A stretch of 64,000 nt of DNA from Candidatus Woesearchaeota archaeon (lineage in GTDB: Archaea; Nanobdellota; Nanobdellia; SCGC-AAA011-G17; JACPIM01). Below, piece after piece: positions 59,533-64,000 of this stretch. Made by a program: the position numbers and the translations under genes. The stretch spans positions 2,206 to 66,205 of the forward strand of contig JAGWAC010000003.1 of NCBI GenBank assembly GCA_018302125.1. Reading direction: 5' to 3'. Each line of letters starts with the position of its first letter. Position 1 is the stretch's first letter. Below the pieces are notes generated by a model that worked only from the letters and a program-made list of their open reading frames with translations, was not told the origin of the DNA and searched no databases.

Positions 59533-60287
59533 ACATATCCCTTCAATATTTCACTTAATAAATATTTATCAAATTGATCCTTTATTTCTAATTTTCCTTT
59601 TCTTCCAATTTGGATTTGAATTATGTTTTCTTTTATAGCATTAAAAATCTTTTTATTTCCCAGAAATATATCTAAAAACAGTTTTAAAGGAATTTTGTTT
59701 TTTCCATATTTCCATGAAGAAACAGTCTCATAATTCAAATTTGTATTTTTACAAAATTCCTTTAAGTTATTTAAAATAGAGTATCTAAGCCGCTCATCTA
59801 AAACAATATATAATAAATTAAAATTTTTATGCACTCTTTCTAATATTTTATTAAAAGGTATTTTTATTATCTCTAAATTTGCAGATATTTTTAATATATC
59901 AAGAATATTATATGCTCTCAACATAAAACAATTTTCTGAATTTGTTTTTTGCTTACTTAAATTGATATTATAATGTTTTAAAATGAGAGAATTATCTCTT
60001 TCAGCAAGATTATTTTCATTAATGTCATATGAAATCGAGAAAACGGGGTATTTTAATTTTGAAAAATAAAAATGTCCATCACCCAAAAATTTGCCTTTTA
60101 AATAATAATTAAACATTTCTCTTGAAGAAGAAATTTCTATATTTTTTGTATTTTCTTTAATTATTAATTTAGCTTCTTTATTATTAGTTCCTTTAATAAT
60201 ATTATTTTTAAAAACTCTTATAAAATCTACTTCCATTAAGACAAATAAAGTATAATTTTCTTTATAAGCGCCGCGGGGGTCCAGCAT
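59529..60287 (-). CDS. hypothetical protein with single LAGLIDADG-like motif
   Basis: YYLKGKFLGDGHFYF resembles L-x-G-F-x-D-G-D-G-s-F; 4-nt overlap (ATGA) with gltX start. Confidence 0.3.
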   Translation of the reverse strand: MLDPRGAYKENYTLFVLMEVDFIRVFKNNIIKGTNNKEAKLIIKENTKNIEISSSREMFNYYLKGKFLGDGHFYFSKLKYPVFSISYDINENNLAERDNSLILKHYNINLSKQKTNSENCFMLRAYNILDILKISANLEIIKIPFNKILERVHKNFNLLYIVLDERLRYSILNNLKEFCKNTNLNYETVSSWKYGKNKIPLKLFLDIFLGNKKIFNAIKENIIQIQIGRKGKLEIKDQFDKYLLSEILKGYV

Positions 60288-60312
60288 TTGTCCAGTGGAT
60301 TTGTCCAGTGGT
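60287..60312. repeat. perfect tandem direct repeat 2 x 13 nt (TTTGTCCAGTGGA / TTTGTCCAGTGGT) abutting the start of the minus-strand gene 59529..60287
   Basis: Seen directly in sequence; lies in the divergent promoter region between 60287 and 60408. Confidence 0.6.
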
Positions 60313-60407
60313 ATTTATAAAGGAATGGAAAGTTTTCGAGAAATTCAAAAAAGTTTCAGTAAAAATATACAGTTTAATTTTTAAAGTTACTCTTTTTCAA
60401 TATTATC

Positions 60408-60830
60408 ATGAAACCCATAAACAGCAAAGAAATAAAAGAAATCCATAATAAGTTGGAAGAGCAATTTGGATATAAGCAAAAACTAGATTATTTATTTTAT
60501 ATAAACAAGGATAATAAAATATTCCTAATGACAAAAGACTTTCAAAAGCTAGATTTATCTAAATTAAGAGTAAATTCCTTTGGCTTGTATTTTGGGGAAT
60601 TGGAAAAAACAGGATTAAGATTAAGCATTTCAGGCTCTCAATTAATAGGAAAAAATGCTGATAAAAATATTCTTGAGATTAATAAAATAGAAGAATGGTT
60701 AAATGGTCAAAATTTGGAATGCAATAAAGAACTAAAAGGGTGGTTTATTGTAAAATATAAAGAAGATTTTCTTGGTTGTGGATATTGTAAAAATGGCGTT
60801 CTTATGAATTTTATTTCTAAAAGAAGATAA
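60408..60830 (+). CDS. small RNA-binding-like protein, possible NIP7/PUA-like fold
   Basis: C-terminal GWFIVKYKEDFLGCGYCKNGVL resembles PUA-domain end of Nip7-like proteins; weak. Confidence 0.3.
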   Translation: MKPINSKEIKEIHNKLEEQFGYKQKLDYLFYINKDNKIFLMTKDFQKLDLSKLRVNSFGLYFGELEKTGLRLSISGSQLIGKNADKNILEINKIEEWLNGQNLECNKELKGWFIVKYKEDFLGCGYCKNGVLMNFISKRR

Positions 60831-60866
60831 AACAAAAATTTATAAATTCTGAATAATCATATTAAT

Positions 60867-61145
60867 ATGATTAAAATGAATAAAAAAATACGAACTGTTA
60901 AAGTTAATGAAAGAGGCCAAATAGTGATTCCTGAAGAGATAAGAAAAGATTTAGGTATTAAGGAATCCTCTGTATTAGTTATGATTGAAGAAAATAATGA
61001 AATTATTTTAAAAAAAGAATCTGAGATTTTAAAAGAAATGGATGGGGAAGAACAGTTTTGGAAATCCTTGACTAGAGAAAGCATGAAAAGGGCTTGGAAT
61101 AAGGAAGATGAAATCTGGGATAAACTCTACAAAGAACAAAAATGA
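60867..61145 (+). CDS. mazE: AbrB/MazE-family antitoxin
   Basis: VKVNERGQIVIPEEIRKDLGIKE swapped-hairpin SpoVT/AbrB motif. Confidence 0.6.
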   Translation: MIKMNKKIRTVKVNERGQIVIPEEIRKDLGIKESSVLVMIEENNEIILKKESEILKEMDGEEQFWKSLTRESMKRAWNKEDEIWDKLYKEQK

Positions 61146-61483
61146 ATCAACAAAATTTAGTTTTAATGAAATTTCCTTTTTCTAATCAGGAAGAAAGTAA
61201 AATTAGACCAGGAATTATAATTTCTAATAACGAATATAATGACAAAAAGCAAGATGTTTTAGTATGTGCAATAACATCTAATCTAACTGATGAAGAATAC
61301 AGTATTCTAATTGAAAATAAAGATTTATTAAACGGGTCTATTTTGATAAAAAGCAAGATAAGGGCTGATAAAATTCTATTAATAGAAAAAAAATTAATTA
61401 TTAAAGTTTTGGCGAAATTAAATGACGAAGTTTTTGATTCTCTAGTAGAAAAAATAGCTACCATTATAAAAAGGATTAATTAA
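61142..61483 (+). CDS. mazF: MazF/PemK-family toxin endoribonuclease
   Basis: FPFSNQEESKIRPGIIISNNEYN...VLVCAITSN matches MazF/PemK core; 4-nt overlap with antitoxin. Confidence 0.7.
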   Translation: MNQQNLVLMKFPFSNQEESKIRPGIIISNNEYNDKKQDVLVCAITSNLTDEEYSILIENKDLLNGSILIKSKIRADKILLIEKKLIIKVLAKLNDEVFDSLVEKIATIIKRIN

Positions 61484-62126
61484 ATTTAAATTCACAAATT
61501 TTATTCAAAGGACAATTTTGGCACAAAGGTTTTTTTTTGCAGTAATCTTTTCCTAACTTTACAAGTAAAGCATGATACTCATTAAATATTTTAAAATCTT
61601 TATCCAAATTCTTCATGAATAATTCCTGTAATTCATAATAGCTTTTTTCTTTAAAACCAAGTCTATTAAATATTCTTTTAGTGTAAGCATCAATTACAAA
61701 TATTGGTTTTTTGTAAGCATAAAGTAAAATAGAATCTGCTGTTTCAGGACCAACCCCCCAAATATTAAGTAAATTTTCTCTAGTAATTTCTTTTCCAGAA
61801 TCTAGAAATTTAACAAATTCTTTTATTTTCCTAGCTTTTTGATTATTATATCCGGAAATTTTAATTATTTCAGCTAATTTTTTAATATCAATTTTTCTCA
61901 AATTACTTAAATCAATTAAATTATTTTTCCTTAATTCATCCAAAGCTTTTTCAACATTCTTCCATGAAGTATTCTGAGTTAAAATAGCTCCTAAACAAAT
62001 TTCCAAAACTTCTTTCTTAATTTCAGGTTTTAAATACCCAGAATGATATTTGTCATTAACAGGCCACCATCCCTGCTCTTTAAATTCTTTTAATAAAATT
62101 CTATAAATTTCAAGAACATTATCCAT
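61476..62126 (-). CDS. nth: endonuclease III-like HhH-GPD DNA glycosylase with [4Fe-4S] cluster loop
   Basis: HhH motif (LLNIWGVGPETADSIL), catalytic D in VIDAY, CxxxxxxCxxCxxxxxC at C-terminus. Confidence 0.85.
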   Translation of the reverse strand: MDNVLEIYRILLKEFKEQGWWPVNDKYHSGYLKPEIKKEVLEICLGAILTQNTSWKNVEKALDELRKNNLIDLSNLRKIDIKKLAEIIKISGYNNQKARKIKEFVKFLDSGKEITRENLLNIWGVGPETADSILLYAYKKPIFVIDAYTKRIFNRLGFKEKSYYELQELFMKNLDKDFKIFNEYHALLVKLGKDYCKKKPLCQNCPLNKICEFKFN

Positions 62127-62565
62127 ATCTTCTCTTTATGTCTCTTTTCAAAACCCTATGCTCTTCCTCTTTTCCCTTAGGCTCCCTGAAAAATGAAAAA
62201 AACAATATAACAACACCAGTAACATTTGCTATATCCCCTAAATTAGAAGTAAAAAAATCTGAAAAAGATATATAATCAACAACATATCCAAATAAAACTC
62301 TGTCCAACAAATTGCTTAAAGTTCCGCCAATTAAAAAGCTCAGTCCAAGCCTATATTCTTCATATTTGTAAAATAAAAATAAAAATAAGACAAAAGCCAG
62401 AACAGAAATAAAAATCAATGCAAATGTATATCCTTCTAAAATATCAAAAGCAGCCCCATAATTCCTTACCTTGTCTTCTGATATAAACTTCAGTACATAA
62501 TCAGCCAAAATTATAGCCAAAATTAAGCTTAGGTAGTTTCTCATTTTCTTTTTTTCCGTGAACAC
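62119..62565 (-). CDS. lspA: lipoprotein signal peptidase II
   Basis: NYGAAF, IGGTLSNLLDR and DY.SF.DFF.SNLGD blocks match SPase II conserved regions; 4 TM. Confidence 0.7.
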   Translation of the reverse strand: MFTEKKKMRNYLSLILAIILADYVLKFISEDKVRNYGAAFDILEGYTFALIFISVLAFVLFLFLFYKYEEYRLGLSFLIGGTLSNLLDRVLFGYVVDYISFSDFFTSNLGDIANVTGVVILFFSFFREPKGKEEEHRVLKRDIKRRYG

Positions 62566-62642
62566 TTTTTTAAAAAATATTCTAATAACAAACTTTAAAA
62601 GTATAGTAATATATAAAATTATTTATTAAAAAAGGTGAATTA

Positions 62643-64000
62643 ATGACTCAAGAAGCTCAACAAAAAAAAGAAGAAACTTCTTCATTTCGGGAAAAATTAT
62701 TAGAAGGCTTATTTGGAGCTAAGGCAAAAGAAGAAAAAGATAATCCTGAAATTCCTTCTTTGGGCGAAGAAGTAAAGCCAAAATACTGCCCAAAAGAAGG
62801 GTGCAGATTAATAATTGATGAGTTAAAAGGCGGTGTTGAAGCAAATTATTACTGGATACTTAGGTTTATGGAAACCAAGGAAGATTTTGGTTTAAAATTA
62901 TCAGGCAAAACAGGCGAAGTTATTAAATTAAAAGATTTATTTGCAGCAGGCGAAGCCTCTAGTATGTGGGGTTCAATAGAGCAAAGAAAAGCAATCCAGC
63001 AGGAAAAAATCTCTTCTTATCTGGCAACTATAGGAAAAATGACTAAAGACATGTTCCAGATAATTAGGGAATTAAGAATTCTTGATGAAAGATTAGCTTA
63101 CTATAAAGGTTACAATGAAGGAAGTCATTCAGCCAGTGTAGCCCTAAAATCAGTCTGGGTTGACTTGGTTGAAGGCGGTGCAAAAAACCCTGGCTCTGTA
63201 ACTGGTTTAGCATCCCAAGTTGGTTTTGTAATATTGCCTGATTTATTTTATAGAATTCATCCTAAAGATATAAAAGAAGTTGATAAGCTGATTAATACTT
63301 TAAGTAAAGATGGTATTAATATAAAAGTGCGTGAAGTATTAGCAAGAAAACTATTCCAGTTTTTGGATTGGAAGGAAAAAACAGAAAAAGAAATTAACGA
63401 TAGAAGAAAATTTGTTCTTGCATATTTAAGGCAGCATTTTAACACAATAAGAATGTACATAAATTGGGTAAAGCCATACTTAAGAAATATAAGGCAATTG
63501 GAAATGTCTCGTGATATTAATGATCCGCATTTGTTAAGCACATTTGAAACAAATAAAATAGAGGTTGAATTATTAGGTATAAAAAAAACTTATACAGAAA
63601 TAACGCCAAATGGTTTTGAAATTGACAGAGAATATAGAAAATATTTTCCATGTATTCATGTAAGAATAAGATTTGTTGCTTTGCCTGAAATGGCTTATCA
63701 AAAAGAATATCAAAGGGGCGCAGTTCACATGGGAAGAACAGAAATTTACATTAAAGGCTATGTTTCAACTATGCAGCAGATTGAAGCATATAAAAAAAAG
63801 CTGGAAGAAGAAGACATAGAAATAATAACTTCTCTGCAAGAATCTTTAATGTCAATGAAAGACGAAATTACAAAATATTTAAATGAAGCTCAGGAAAAAA
63901 ATATTCCAGTTCTAAAAGAAGAAGTAATTGAAGTTATGGAAAAAACAGGTGCAAAAAAAGAAAAAGCAATAGAAGCCCTAAAAAAAGCAGGAACAGTTCA
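62643..64000 (+). CDS. hypothetical protein, >450 aa, C-terminus beyond window; AGGTGA Shine-Dalgarno upstream
   Basis: Uninterrupted plus-strand reading frame from ATG 62643 to window end with coding-like composition; absent from ORF track because it is incomplete. Confidence 0.5.
   Translation, partial: MTQEAQQKKEETSSFREKLLEGLFGAKAKEEKDNPEIPSLGEEVKPKYCPKEGCRLIIDELKGGVEANYYWILRFMETKEDFGLKLSGKTGEVIKLKDLFAAGEASSMWGSIEQRKAIQQEKISSYLATIGKMTKDMFQIIRELRILDERLAYYKGYNEGSHSASVALKSVWVDLVEGGAKNPGSVTGLASQVGFVILPDLFYRIHPKDIKEVDKLINTLSKDGINIKVREVLARKLFQFLDWKEKTEKEINDRRKFVLAYLRQHFNTIRMYINWVKPYLRNIRQLEMSRDINDPHLLSTFETNKIEVELLGIKKTYTEITPNGFEIDREYRKYFPCIHVRIRFVALPEMAYQKEYQRGAVHMGRTEIYIKGYVSTMQQIEAYKKKLEEEDIEIITSLQESLMSMKDEITKYLNEAQEKNIPVLKEEVIEVMEKTGAKKEKAIEALKKAGTV

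Noticed and set aside
63257-63541. 94-aa minus ORF
   Set aside because: Lies inside the long plus-strand partial ORF 62643-64000.
1-64000. tRNA, rRNA, transposase, integrase
   Set aside because: None recognised on either strand; GC-rich patches examined (53.7-53.9 kb, 60.27 kb) do not form cloverleaf structures.

Overview
This AT-rich window (roughly 30% GC) looks like a reduced archaeal genome, plausibly from a DPANN-type lineage (Pacearchaeota/Woesearchaeota-like); I cannot verify taxonomy from sequence alone. It has three parts.

(1) Positions 1 to about 31.8 kb form a cell-surface glycan biosynthesis island. It holds GT2, GT4, GT9 and GT-C glycosyltransferases, a DegT aminotransferase, two NAD-dependent epimerases, a PglD-like acetyltransferase, AsnB, a Wzx flippase, an aldo/keto reductase and a saccharopine-dehydrogenase-like enzyme. 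It is unusually rich in radical SAM enzymes: four B12-binding class-B enzymes and three SPASM-domain enzymes. It also carries a stand-alone receiver domain and a VapBC-like toxin-antitoxin pair.

(2) Positions 31.9 to 51.8 kb are the archaeal ribosomal protein supercluster: L3-L4-L23-[unknown 113 aa ORF]-L2-S19-L22-S3-L29-SUI1-Rpp29-S17-L14-L24-S4e-L5-S14-S8-L6-L32e-L19e-L18-S5-L30-L15-SecY-DUF106-[L34e-L14e fusion]. This is followed by prefoldin alpha, an SFM1-like SPOUT methyltransferase, NAD kinase, a HemK-like methyltransferase and L1-P0-L12. No adk or cmk is present.

(3) Positions 51.8 to 64 kb are mixed housekeeping and membrane genes: an HxlR regulator, a CDGSH Fe-S protein, a methyltransferase, an SRPBCC protein, a possible short archaeosortase, PAP2 phosphatase, a CdsA/dolichol-kinase-like protein, DedA, GluRS, a MazEF pair, endonuclease III, a bacterial-type LspA signal peptidase II, and a partial unknown ORF running off the window end.

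I found no rRNA, tRNA, CRISPR array or transposase. Coordinates for listed ORFs follow the supplied ORF track. Coordinates I derived myself (adjusted starts, motifs, hairpins) may be off by 1 to 2 nt. All functional calls rest on motif and family recognition from the translated sequence, not on database searches.
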